A model generated the notes under the pieces. It made no database searches, had not been told where the DNA came from, and was given only the letters and a program-made list of their open reading frames with translations. Of a stretch of DNA of 64,000 nucleotides, positions 55,601-63,926 are shown piece after piece (the first letter of the stretch is position 1; each line of letters opens with the position of its first letter). The position numbers were made by a program, and so were the translations under genes. The DNA lies in IMG/VR virus record IMGVR_UViG_3300029288_005871, positions 1 to 64,000 of that record; one strand, given 5' to 3'. This DNA is from a virus (Duplodnaviria; Caudoviricetes).

Positions 55601-56170
55601 ATGATACAAACTCAATTACCACTTTCATCTATTGCCGGTAACGAAGTAGCCAAACGTGCTATAGAAATCTCTTTAACCGGCAACCATTCTATAAACTTTA
55701 TAGGCAATACCGAGGCTATTCTACTTTCCAACCGAGCTAGATTTTTAGGTTTAAATTCTAAATCTTTAAAACCGTGTTCTTGCGGTAACTTTAAAGATCC
55801 TAATAACGCTTGCTCCTGTACTCCTGAACAATTACAGACTCACTACAACCAACTGGAAAACCTACAGGCTGATCTTACCATCTATACTACCAAACCAACC
55901 TATGAGCAGATTATACGGGCTTACAATAACCAGAATGAGGCCGAGTTAACCTTGCTCGAACGGGTAAAACAGGCTAAGACAAGAGAGATAAAAATAGACC
56001 TGCCTAAAATAGATAGTTTACTATCTCAAGCTACTAAAACATTATTACTCGATCAACTTCAATTCCTAAAAGTGTTAGAAATATCTAAAACCATAGCCAA
56101 ACTTGCCAATTCCCCAGAAGTAGAAAACCAGCACTTAGCAGAAGCACTACAATACAGGTTTAAAACCTAA
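55601..56170 (+). CDS. Mini ComM/YifB (Mg-chelatase-like) protein lacking the ATPase core
   Basis: IAGNEVAKRAIEI..GNH, PCSCG..C.C, ISKTIA.L..H.AEALQYR. Confidence 0.7.
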   Translation: MIQTQLPLSSIAGNEVAKRAIEISLTGNHSINFIGNTEAILLSNRARFLGLNSKSLKPCSCGNFKDPNNACSCTPEQLQTHYNQLENLQADLTIYTTKPTYEQIIRAYNNQNEAELTLLERVKQAKTREIKIDLPKIDSLLSQATKTLLLDQLQFLKVLEISKTIAKLANSPEVENQHLAEALQYRFKT

Positions 56171-56187
56171 AAAGGAGGTGATAATTT

Positions 56188-56409
56188 ATGATTGAGCCAA
56201 TTACAAAAAACATGAAAGAATATCTGGAATGGCAAGATAAATATGGTGTTACTAAATTTATTGATGATAAAACAGGTGAAGGCCATAGAGGGGTAATAGT
56301 ACAAAACAATGGGACAGAAGCGATTGTTTATGGTTTAACAGGAAAATATGTAAACCAATTAGTAAAAATTAAAGAAGTAAATCCTGACCAGTGGGCAATA
56401 ACTTATTAA
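56188..56409 (+). CDS. Hypothetical early protein
   Basis: AAAGGAGGTGA Shine-Dalgarno. Confidence 0.7.
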   Translation: MIEPITKNMKEYLEWQDKYGVTKFIDDKTGEGHRGVIVQNNGTEAIVYGLTGKYVNQLVKIKEVNPDQWAITY

Positions 56410-56437
56410 ATATTATTCATAAAGGAGGTGAAAAAGT

Positions 56438-56896
56438 GTGGACAAAGTTAAAAAACAGGCACAACATTTATATGACGGTTTTACCCGTATTGATATTGAC
56501 CATGATGAAGGCGAAGAAGCTACAAGGCTAGTCTTAAAAGATGAAATAAAATCTGATAGGTGGGAAGAATTATCTGATTTATTGTTTGATGTAGGAGAAG
56601 AAACAAAACTTTCTCAAGATAGTACCTACGAGTTTACCCATGAAGCACTAGGCTTAATATCAGACGCTACAGGTGAAACGGGAAATGAGCTAAGAGAAAT
56701 AGGCTACGGGATCGAACCAGATGTATACACTTCTACTCTAACCGAGTGGCTTAATGAAAGTAACTATCATGTCTACTTTTTAGATGAAGCTATAGACAAC
56801 GGAGCTAAAACTGGTTTTGATGCTTTGGCTATGGCACAACAAGAGGCAAAAAGACAGGTTTTTGATCTAGTATTAGACCATTTACTGAAAAAATAA
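56438..56896 (+). CDS. Acidic early protein
   Basis: 35 D/E versus 15 K/R in 152 aa; strong Shine-Dalgarno; GTG start. Confidence 0.75.
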   Translation: MDKVKKQAQHLYDGFTRIDIDHDEGEEATRLVLKDEIKSDRWEELSDLLFDVGEETKLSQDSTYEFTHEALGLISDATGETGNELREIGYGIEPDVYTSTLTEWLNESNYHVYFLDEAIDNGAKTGFDALAMAQQEAKRQVFDLVLDHLLKK

Positions 56897-56971
56897 TTAA
56901 GGCTTTACTTTACCCGTAAACCTTTGCGGGTAAAGATAAGGGCTTAATAAATAAAAAGGAGGTGATTAAAT

Positions 56972-57142
56972 ATGACCGAACAATTAAAAAATGACGCTTA
57001 TACATTAGCTAATTATGTTTCTCAAGAAAGCCTACAATCAGAACTTGACGACTGTTTATATGCTAAAAAAAGCGGAGATAGTTATTCACAGTTAAACAAC
57101 GTAATCAAGGTTATTAAAATGGCAATAAAATTATTAAATTGA
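56972..57142 (+). CDS. Small hypothetical protein (56 aa; not in ORF track)
   Basis: AAAGGAGGTGA Shine-Dalgarno; stop codon forms the start of a stem-loop element. Confidence 0.6.
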   Translation: MTEQLKNDAYTLANYVSQESLQSELDDCLYAKKSGDSYSQLNNVIKVIKMAIKLLN

Positions 57143-57209
57143 GGCTTGACTTAGCCGTCTATTTTTAGATGGCTAAGATGAGGTTTTAATTAAAAGGAGG
57201 TGAAAAATT

Positions 57210-57380
57210 ATGGTTACTTATACCGAAAGATGGGGTAATTTATGGCAACTATTTATTAAAGAAACCTACAGTGAAAGAGATAAAAAATTTTGGGTCACTA
57301 AAAAAGAAATGTTTGAATTAGATAAAAAATTCGAGAGGTTTTTATTTAAGTTAAATGAAAACTTAGGTATAGCCGGTTAA
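57210..57380 (+). CDS. Small hypothetical protein (56 aa; not in ORF track)
   Basis: AAAGGAGGTGA Shine-Dalgarno. Confidence 0.6.
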   Translation: MVTYTERWGNLWQLFIKETYSERDKKFWVTKKEMFELDKKFERFLFKLNENLGIAG

Positions 57381-57409
57381 TAAAAATATAAAAAAGGAGG
57401 TGATAATTT

Positions 57410-57658
57410 ATGAAAGTTTTGCAAGTTAAAGAATATAACCAACAACAAGAGATAAAATATAGCCAAAAAAGTAAAGAATGGGAACCTGGAAAAGGTGGTT
57501 TTCCACAAATAGCTTTTTATTTATTCTATACCACTTATGGAAGTGAAAGACAAACAGGCTATGTTGCATTTAGTGAAAATAGACACTGTGCAATATGGAG
57601 AAGCAAAAAAAGCGAAGCTATTAAAGAATTCCAAAAAAGTTACGGTAAATTATCATAA
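57410..57658 (+). CDS. Hypothetical early protein
   Basis: Strong Shine-Dalgarno. Confidence 0.7.
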   Translation: MKVLQVKEYNQQQEIKYSQKSKEWEPGKGGFPQIAFYLFYTTYGSERQTGYVAFSENRHCAIWRSKKSEAIKEFQKSYGKLS

Positions 57659-57688
57659 AAATTTTAATTAAGAGGAGGTGAATAAACT

Positions 57689-57928
57689 ATGATCTACAAC
57701 TATCAAAATGCCATGAGTAAAAAACATTATTTAAAATGCTTGAGAAAAGCTCCTGAATGGATCAATCAAGACGTACCAGATATTTACAGATCTGATGGTA
57801 CTAGAGCAATTGAATGTACTTTTCCAGAATATAAGTTTTTTGTCTATGCTGATAATAAAGACGAAGCTAAACAGCTTGAACAGTTTATATATCTTAATAC
57901 CGGCAAAATAGCAGAACTATATTATTAA
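57689..57928 (+). CDS. Hypothetical early protein
   Basis: Strong Shine-Dalgarno. Confidence 0.7.
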   Translation: MIYNYQNAMSKKHYLKCLRKAPEWINQDVPDIYRSDGTRAIECTFPEYKFFVYADNKDEAKQLEQFIYLNTGKIAELYY

Positions 57929-58000
57929 GGCTTTATTCTACTGCTTATTAAATTAAGCGGTAGAAATAAAATCTTAATACTAAGAAGGAGGTGATAAATT

Positions 58001-58198
58001 ATGCAAAAATATACCAGAGATGATTTAATAGACAACTTAATTAAAGACGATCTTTATATCCAAGAAACAGAAGAAGCAGCCGACTATTTAGATAATATTC
58101 TAAGAAGTGGTTTTAAAGGTTATTCCCACTTTACAGATGGCGAACTGATCGAAGAATTTAATACCCGTACAGATGAAGAATGGAATTTTATTAAATAA
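58001..58198 (+). CDS. Small acidic early protein
   Basis: Strong Shine-Dalgarno. Confidence 0.7.
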   Translation: MQKYTRDDLIDNLIKDDLYIQETEEAADYLDNILRSGFKGYSHFTDGELIEEFNTRTDEEWNFIK

Positions 58199-58226
58199 AT
58201 TTAAAAAACAGATAGGAGGTGATTTT

Positions 58227-58376
58227 ATGAAATACGATCCTACAATGATAAATGATGAAGGTACTGGGAAAAATTACGAAGGAAAATGCCAAGAATGTGA
58301 TAAAGAAAAAATAATTATTTATGATTATGCTACCCAGAAATGGTTTTGTAAAAGATGTTACAAGGAAAACGGTTAA
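58227..58376 (+). CDS. Small zinc-finger protein
   Basis: GGAGGTGA Shine-Dalgarno before MKYDP; CQEC..CKRC. Confidence 0.6.
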   Translation: MKYDPTMINDEGTGKNYEGKCQECDKEKIIIYDYATQKWFCKRCYKENG

Positions 58377-58462
58377 TAGACCATTAGTATAAATTAAGGC
58401 TTGACTTTCCCCGTTAATTTTAGCGGGTAAAGATGAGGCTTTAAAAAGGAGGTGATTAAATT

Positions 58463-58633
58463 ATGAAAAAATTTAGATTTACAGCCAGAGCAGTAGATGT
58501 ATTGGAAGAAATAATTGAAGCTGAAACAATCGAAAAAGCAGAAAAAATAGCACAGGAGCATTTAGAAAATGGATCAATACCTATAGTCGGAGAGGGATAT
58601 ATTGACAATGAAGAACTTGAGGAGATCAAATAA
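58463..58633 (+). CDS. Small acidic hypothetical protein (56 aa; not in ORF track)
   Basis: Strong Shine-Dalgarno; IEAETIEKAEKIA. Confidence 0.6.
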   Translation: MKKFRFTARAVDVLEEIIEAETIEKAEKIAQEHLENGSIPIVGEGYIDNEELEEIK

Positions 58634-58772
58634 TTGAGGCTTGACTGGCGAGGTAGAGGGGAGTTTGGTAAAGCCTACAAGCAAAACTTTTACCTTGCCT
58701 TGCCAGATGAGGTCTTAATCGCTCTTTAACAAAATAACCCGCCTAAATTGTCTTAGACGGGCTAGTAGTATA

Positions 58773-58940
58773 TTAAAACTGATTAAAGAATTTATCAAGA
58801 GTATTTATGTAATCCTTGTTTATTCTTTCCGTTAGCTTAGTATCACATTTTTCATGGATAAGGCTTGGTTTACCCTCAGCAGTAAATACTTTTTTAACCT
58901 TACTGCTACTAAGGTGTTTTTTACAAAGTAAACATTTCAT
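58773..58940 (-). CDS. Small convergent hypothetical protein (55 aa; not in ORF track)
   Basis: AAGGAGGTGA Shine-Dalgarno; CxxC...HxxC. Confidence 0.55.
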   Translation of the reverse strand: MKCLLCKKHLSSSKVKKVFTAEGKPSLIHEKCDTKLTERINKDYINTLDKFFNQF

Positions 58941-59252
58941 TTATATCACCTCCTTGTTAATGTGCTATTTAGAGTTTAGGATCAATCTAAACCCTCTACT
59001 TTAATTATACACCCGACTTCTTTTTAGCTTTTTTTAAGCCCAAGTTACCAAAAACCTGATCTTAAAAAAGGTTAAAAAAACCTGTCAAGTAATTAACTAG
59101 ATCAAACTATAGCAAATAAAGATGTAAACTGTATCATCTTTTAAACATTATAGGTTCTTTAAGGAAGCTTTTAAAATATTTTACTTGAGGCTAAGTGTTT
59201 TTTAGAAAGAGTAAGTTTAACACCATTTTTTGAGGCTATTCATATAATATGT

Positions 59253-59281
59253 TTGACAATATGGGTAATATGCTCTATAAT
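59253..59281 (+). promoter_or_regulatory. Consensus sigma70-type promoter
   Basis: TTGACA-17-TATAAT. Confidence 0.78.
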
Positions 59282-59325
59282 TAGATAGTATACCGTTTTA
59301 TAAATCAATCAATAAATAAAGCTAT

Positions 59326-59619
59326 ATGACAGACAGTAAAACCTTCTATATTAAGACCTATAGGCGACAAAAACTAGATGAAGCCCTTACCATAGCCGGT
59401 ATCGCTACCAAGAGTACGGCCTATATGTGGCTACTTGCCCGTGAGCGTGAAGGCAGGTTGACTATTCCCCGTGACCCTGTTACCAAACAGCGCAAACTTA
59501 CCCTCCACCAGATACAGGAAATTATAGATGCTTTTCTTCCTGGAGGTACCGGCCAATGGCCGACTACCTTTCAAGCGGAAAGCATGGATGAGGAACTTAT
59601 GGAGGAGCTTAGAAAATAG
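59326..59619 (+). CDS. Putative DNA-binding protein (MerR/excisionase-like wHTH)
   Basis: REREGRLTIPRDPVTKQRKLT..QIQEI pattern. Confidence 0.45.
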   Translation: MTDSKTFYIKTYRRQKLDEALTIAGIATKSTAYMWLLAREREGRLTIPRDPVTKQRKLTLHQIQEIIDAFLPGGTGQWPTTFQAESMDEELMEELRK

Positions 59620-59640
59620 TTCGACAAGCTCACTATAAAT

Positions 59641-60510
59641 ATGACACCAACATACCCATTAAATACTATTAAACATAAGGAAATAACTTATCTCTCAACA
59701 GGTGTAGAGGGATTGGATAAGCTTTTAGGCGGTGGTTTCGTCAAAGGTTCCTCAACCTTGCTTGCTGGCACCAGAGGCGCAGGAAAAAGCACTGTGGCTT
59801 TACAGGCCGCTTCATCTATTGCCGAAGCTGGTTCAACTGTCCTCTATGTTTCCGGTGAAGAAAGCAAAGAACAGGTAAAAACCAGAGCTGAACGGATGTG
59901 TATAGCCAGCGACAAGATTATCCTGAGTGAAAACCCTGAGCTTGGCTCCATCTATGAAGCCCAAGCCACTTCCAAAGCCGACATTATCTTTATCGACTCC
60001 ATGCAACTTCTCTACTGCACCACTGTCAATCGTGTCCAGTACACTCCCACCCAAGTCAGATATTGTCTTTTGGAGCTTTGTAACTTTGCCAGAAGAACCA
60101 ATACCGCCGTTGTCTTTATCGGCCATGCCATCAAAGGAGGCTATATTGCCGGACTGATGACTTATCAGCACATGGTAGACGTAGTATTATTCCTAGAGCT
60201 TGATGAAGATGGCGAAACCAGGATTTTAAAATGCGATAAGAACCGTTATGCTGAACCCTGCGAACCGCAACATTTATTCATGGGCAGAAGAGGCTTATTT
60301 GCTGATCTAATCCAAAACGAACAGAAGCATATAAGGGAACTGAAACTCACCCAACGCCAGCTTAACGAAATTTTAAAAGGCCGTCCGATCTGGACTCCGA
60401 TAGTAAAGCGTGTTTTATCAGGCGCATATATGCCCCAACAGGTTAAAGAAGCTGCCCAACAATTCCTCTACCAACAGGCTGTTAATAAAAATTTTACGGA
60501 GGCTAACTAA
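59641..60510 (+). CDS. radA: RadA/Sms-like ATPase without zinc finger or Lon-like C-terminal domain
   Basis: STGVEGLDKLLGGG, G..GAGKST, LYVSGEES..QV..RAER, IDSMQ, HMVDVV, KNRY-like DKNRY. Confidence 0.82.
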   Translation: MTPTYPLNTIKHKEITYLSTGVEGLDKLLGGGFVKGSSTLLAGTRGAGKSTVALQAASSIAEAGSTVLYVSGEESKEQVKTRAERMCIASDKIILSENPELGSIYEAQATSKADIIFIDSMQLLYCTTVNRVQYTPTQVRYCLLELCNFARRTNTAVVFIGHAIKGGYIAGLMTYQHMVDVVLFLELDEDGETRILKCDKNRYAEPCEPQHLFMGRRGLFADLIQNEQKHIRELKLTQRQLNEILKGRPIWTPIVKRVLSGAYMPQQVKEAAQQFLYQQAVNKNFTEAN

Positions 60511-60511
60511 C

Positions 60512-60844
60512 ATGACTATCTGGCACGAAAAACTAATACCGAAGTTATGCCGACAACACTTGTTAGCTTCATGGAAAGAAGCCCGCCAAGTTTACTTGGT
60601 TATTATTAACCAAGAAGAAAGCAATTACCCCCAAGTCAAAGAATTCCAATACCATTTAAACCGCCTTATTTGGATAATGTATTGTTTCAGGCGGGAATTG
60701 ATTGCCAGAGGCTACCACCCGAAAAGGATACATGATTGTGACGAATACCCGCTGGTTAAAGACTGGAACAGTTACCGCCGCCAGCAATCACTCCACGAAC
60801 AAATTGAAGCATTACGGTTAGAAAAATGTGAATGTGAAATATAA
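60512..60844 (+). CDS. Pyrimidine-dimer DNA glycosylase/endonuclease V family
   Basis: M.IWHEKLIPKL.RQHLL..W.E, E...RGYHP. Confidence 0.7.
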   Translation: MTIWHEKLIPKLCRQHLLASWKEARQVYLVIINQEESNYPQVKEFQYHLNRLIWIMYCFRRELIARGYHPKRIHDCDEYPLVKDWNSYRRQQSLHEQIEALRLEKCECEI

Positions 60845-60860
60845 AAGGAGGTGATATTAC

Positions 60861-61124
60861 ATGAAAAAGACAACACTTGTCAGTTATTTAATTGTAGGTA
60901 TCATTACCGCTATCGTTGCCGGTTATTTAGTCTTTGCCTATGCTCCTAGAAGTGATAAACGCTACAATAGCGAAGCTATCAAATGGCTGGCTGATAATCC
61001 AGGCTATGCTGAAAAGATTTACTCTGCCCACCAGAAATATTTAGATGCCGCTAACCAGGCCATGCTTTCCGAAATTGACGGTATTGGCGGTGGAGTGGTT
61101 AAAGAAACTAAAGAGTCAAAATAA
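60861..61124 (+). CDS. Membrane-anchored hypothetical protein
   Basis: Strong Shine-Dalgarno; N-terminal TM/signal segment. Confidence 0.7.
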   Translation: MKKTTLVSYLIVGIITAIVAGYLVFAYAPRSDKRYNSEAIKWLADNPGYAEKIYSAHQKYLDAANQAMLSEIDGIGGGVVKETKESK

Positions 61125-61462
61125 TAGGGATTGAAGCCATCCGTCCTGCCTATGCTGCGGATAGCCCGTCCAGGCAGGAGATAGCAGCTTTTATCAACCT
61201 TGTTTTTTACAAGTCAGGAATAGCTGCTATCAGATGGGCTAACAGGATAGTAAACTGTGAGAGTGGCTACAATCCCGCAGCCAAAAATGCTTCAAGCAGC
61301 GCATCTGGGCTTTGGCAGTTCATGCCTTCCACTTTTGCCCAAGCAAGCGGAAGGATGGGATTTACTACTGCCGATTATAGTAACTGGCGGCACCAGACAA
61401 TCGTGGCCAAATATATGTATGATGCCAACAGGCAGGTTGAATGGGAGTGCCACTTCTTATAG
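61112..61462 (+). CDS. Lytic transglycosylase (SLT/Rpf-like) domain with no canonical start (not in ORF track)
   Basis: IVNCESGYNP.AKN.SSSASGLWQFMPSTF..W.C; frame is -1 relative to the upstream gene. Confidence 0.75.
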   Translation, partial: RVKIIGIEAIRPAYAADSPSRQEIAAFINLVFYKSGIAAIRWANRIVNCESGYNPAAKNASSSASGLWQFMPSTFAQASGRMGFTTADYSNWRHQTIVAKYMYDANRQVEWECHFL

Positions 61463-61468
61463 GAGTTT

Positions 61469-61816
61469 TTGATTATGCAATTAGACGCTTACAAAAAAAA
61501 GAGCAGGTTTTTTGAAGTAACTTGCAAAACTTACCTGCCTGAACCTTATTCCCAGGTATTTGTTATCAGTACCTATTCCTGGAAATCAGCTGTAACCAAT
61601 GCGGTAAAACTGTTCAGTATTGATAAAAAGATAAAGTTTAAACCCCGACTGCACTACTTTATAAATGTCAAACCCAGAAATGCCAATGTTTGGGATATTG
61701 ACCTGAAGAATATAGCGGTAGATTCCAAACAGGTTCGACAAAAGCTGAAAAGCAACGTGGTTCAACGCAAAAAAACCACAGGTGAATTAGTTGTGGATTC
61801 TTTAAATATAATGTGA
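61469..61816 (+). CDS. Hypothetical protein
   Basis: 115-aa ORF with AGGAG Shine-Dalgarno. Confidence 0.55.
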   Translation: MIMQLDAYKKKSRFFEVTCKTYLPEPYSQVFVISTYSWKSAVTNAVKLFSIDKKIKFKPRLHYFINVKPRNANVWDIDLKNIAVDSKQVRQKLKSNVVQRKKTTGELVVDSLNIM

Positions 61817-61857
61817 TATATTAATTTCAGGAACATTTAGTTCCAAAAGGAGGAATT

Positions 61858-62505
61858 ATGGCAGAAGCCAAAGATAAATCATTAACTACTGTTTCCAAGG
61901 AATGGCTTAACGAACACGCCGACCTTGGTATAGAAACCATTACTTCAAGCGACCTGCCGGTTCCCAGACTTTCGCTAGTCCAAAAGACTTCAACCAAATG
62001 TATTCTCAGGGATGGCAATAACGCCAAAGAGGGTCTTTTTTATTATGCCGGTACCAAGGAGCAATCTGAAACATTCCCTTGCGCCTTGTTATCAGTCAAA
62101 AAAGAGTTTAAGCCGTCTTTCACTAACAAGGAACAGATGGAAGAAGTCTGGACTTTTATCGGTGCTACCGAAAAAGACTGGCTGCCTTTCATTTTTTCCT
62201 GTAGACGGACTTCCCTAAACGGAGCTAAAAGCTTCATCGCCAACGTCAAAATGAGCCATGTGCCGATGTTCTCCTTAAAGGTAGTCTTAGAATCACGCTA
62301 TATCCAGAGCCAAAAGGGGAATTTCTACATAGTTGCCTTTACAGACATTGGTTATCGGGAAAGCCAGGAACAGTTGTTACTGCTTTCTAACCTAGCTAAA
62401 AAATACAAGGCTTATGAGCCGATGGGTGGGGAAGATGTCCTAGAGGAAGAAATACCGCCAATAGAAGAAACAGAGGGTAATCCATCAGGTGATATGCCAT
62501 TTTAA
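61858..62505 (+). CDS. Probable single-stranded DNA-binding protein
   Basis: DLPVPRLSLVQ motif; acidic tail ending DMPF, like SSB C-terminal tips. Confidence 0.6.
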   Translation: MAEAKDKSLTTVSKEWLNEHADLGIETITSSDLPVPRLSLVQKTSTKCILRDGNNAKEGLFYYAGTKEQSETFPCALLSVKKEFKPSFTNKEQMEEVWTFIGATEKDWLPFIFSCRRTSLNGAKSFIANVKMSHVPMFSLKVVLESRYIQSQKGNFYIVAFTDIGYRESQEQLLLLSNLAKKYKAYEPMGGEDVLEEEIPPIEETEGNPSGDMPF

Positions 62506-63656
62506 CCTTTTATAACTGCCAAAGGTATCAGTTTTACTTTAATTTTGACTAACTCCTGTTGGTTAGCCATAACTGTATCTATGTCTTTATATGCTCCAGG
62601 AGCTTCATCTAAATCCTGTATACTTCTGGGCTTGCCTAAAATACTTTCCATTTTTTTTTGTTCTTTTTCAAGATTTAATGTTCTTCTTGCTTCATTCCTG
62701 CCCATTTTCCTGCCAGCTCCATGGGAACAGGACTTAAAACTTTCCTCATTACCTAATCCTTCGACAATATAACTGGTTGTACCCATTGAGCCAGGAATAA
62801 TACCAGTTAATCCTTGGGTTGCCTTTGTTGCCCCTTTCCTATGAACTAAAACATTCTTACCGAAGTGATTTTCCAAAGTAGCATAGTTGTGGGCAATATT
62901 TATCATTGATTCCCATTCCATTGAAAGTTCTTCGGACATAATATCTAAGATTCTATCCATCATTAATTTTCTATTGGCTAAAGCAAAATCAACACAATAA
63001 GTCATTGCCTTAAAATATTCTTCGCCTTCTTTGGTATCTATTGGTAAAAATGATAATTCTTTATCAGGTACATCAGATTGCCATTTTTCACATAAGGCTA
63101 AAGCCTTTTTATGGTATTCAGTTGCGGTTTTCAAACCGAAGTTGCGACTACCTGAGTGAAGCATTATCCAAATAAACCCATCATCGCCTTTTTGGATTTC
63201 AATGAAATGGTTGCCTCCGCCTAAAGTACCTATCTGGTATTGAGCAGACTGTAATTCTTTTTGGATTATCTCAATATCAGGAGCTTTATCAAACCCTTCC
63301 CATTCCTGCTTTTCTTTGTGGTGGTTAAATCCAACTGGTACAGCTTTTCTAATTTCTCCCATAATTTCTTTTATTGTTTCGGTTGGTAATTCTTTCAAAG
63401 AAGTTTTAACAGCTACCATTCCACAACCGATATCTACTCCCACTAAAGAAGGAATTACTACGTATTTAGTAGCCACAACTGATCCTATACTTGCCCCGAT
63501 TCCTAAATGACCATCAGGCATTAAAGCAGTATGGCTGTATAGAAAAGGTAAAGAACTTACTTTTACCATTTGTTCAATACATTGTTCTTCTATTGAATTT
63601 TGGGTAGAAAATACCTTTAAGGGTACTTTCATTTCTTCAGATTTGATTACATACAT
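62502..63656 (-). CDS. rtcB: RtcB family 3'-phosphate/5'-OH RNA ligase
   Basis: MPDGH.G, GVDIGCGM, GTLGGGNHFIE, HSGSR, HRKGAT, PGSMG, SHGAGR, DEAP.AYK. Confidence 0.96.
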   Translation of the reverse strand: MYVIKSEEMKVPLKVFSTQNSIEEQCIEQMVKVSSLPFLYSHTALMPDGHLGIGASIGSVVATKYVVIPSLVGVDIGCGMVAVKTSLKELPTETIKEIMGEIRKAVPVGFNHHKEKQEWEGFDKAPDIEIIQKELQSAQYQIGTLGGGNHFIEIQKGDDGFIWIMLHSGSRNFGLKTATEYHKKALALCEKWQSDVPDKELSFLPIDTKEGEEYFKAMTYCVDFALANRKLMMDRILDIMSEELSMEWESMINIAHNYATLENHFGKNVLVHRKGATKATQGLTGIIPGSMGTTSYIVEGLGNEESFKSCSHGAGRKMGRNEARRTLNLEKEQKKMESILGKPRSIQDLDEAPGAYKDIDTVMANQQELVKIKVKLIPLAVIKG

Positions 63657-63668
63657 AGTTAATACTCC

Positions 63669-63926
63669 TCAAGGTTTTAAATATTCAATATTTACTTCCA
63701 TTTCACCTTTGATCCATTTATTTAAGTCTGACGGGTAATCTTCCCATTCTATTTCCTCAAAACCATCATATTTATCTATCTCTATAAATTTTTTACATTC
63801 TTTTTTAATCTTTGGAATCCAATATTTATTATCATAACCTAATTCCCATCCATACAGATAATGGAATTCAATCCCGTCTTGGCAACCCCAACCAGTATAG
63901 TCATTCCAGCCTCCAACATAAACCAC
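63669..63926 (-). CDS. Hypothetical protein
   Basis: Acidic/aromatic ORF; true start uncertain. Confidence 0.45.
   Translation of the reverse strand: MVYVGGWNDYTGWGCQDGIEFHYLYGWELGYDNKYWIPKIKKECKKFIEIDKYDGFEEIEWEDYPSDLNKWIKGEMEVNIEYLKP

Larger units (their letters stand above)
53321..58718 (+). repeat. Seven related intergenic stem-loops (T[A/G]A[G/A]GCTTKA[C/T]T...[A/C]TRARRYYTTAA)
   Basis: 53321-53380, 55112-55162, 56898-56947, 57140-57189, 57926-57977, 58395-58444, 58635-58718. Confidence 0.85.

Noticed and set aside
53321-58718. Calling the early region a bona fide integron
   Set aside because: No integron integrase in the window and no RYYYAAC/GTTRRRY cores; kept only as an alternative hypothesis.
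53563-59633. 15-nt inverted match GTGAGCTTGTCGAAC (53563) / GTTCGACAAGCTCAC (59619), reminiscent of REP-like repeats
   Set aside because: Only two copies, 6 kb apart; a few 15-mer matches are expected by chance in 64 kb.
61257-61472. 71-aa ORF from the track
   Set aside because: It overlaps the frame that carries clear lytic transglycosylase motifs.
5375-63510. Many short opposite-strand ORFs in the track (e.g. 28762-29229, 38496-38846, 59833-60171)
   Set aside because: They lie antisense to well-supported genes and lack Shine-Dalgarno sites or motifs.
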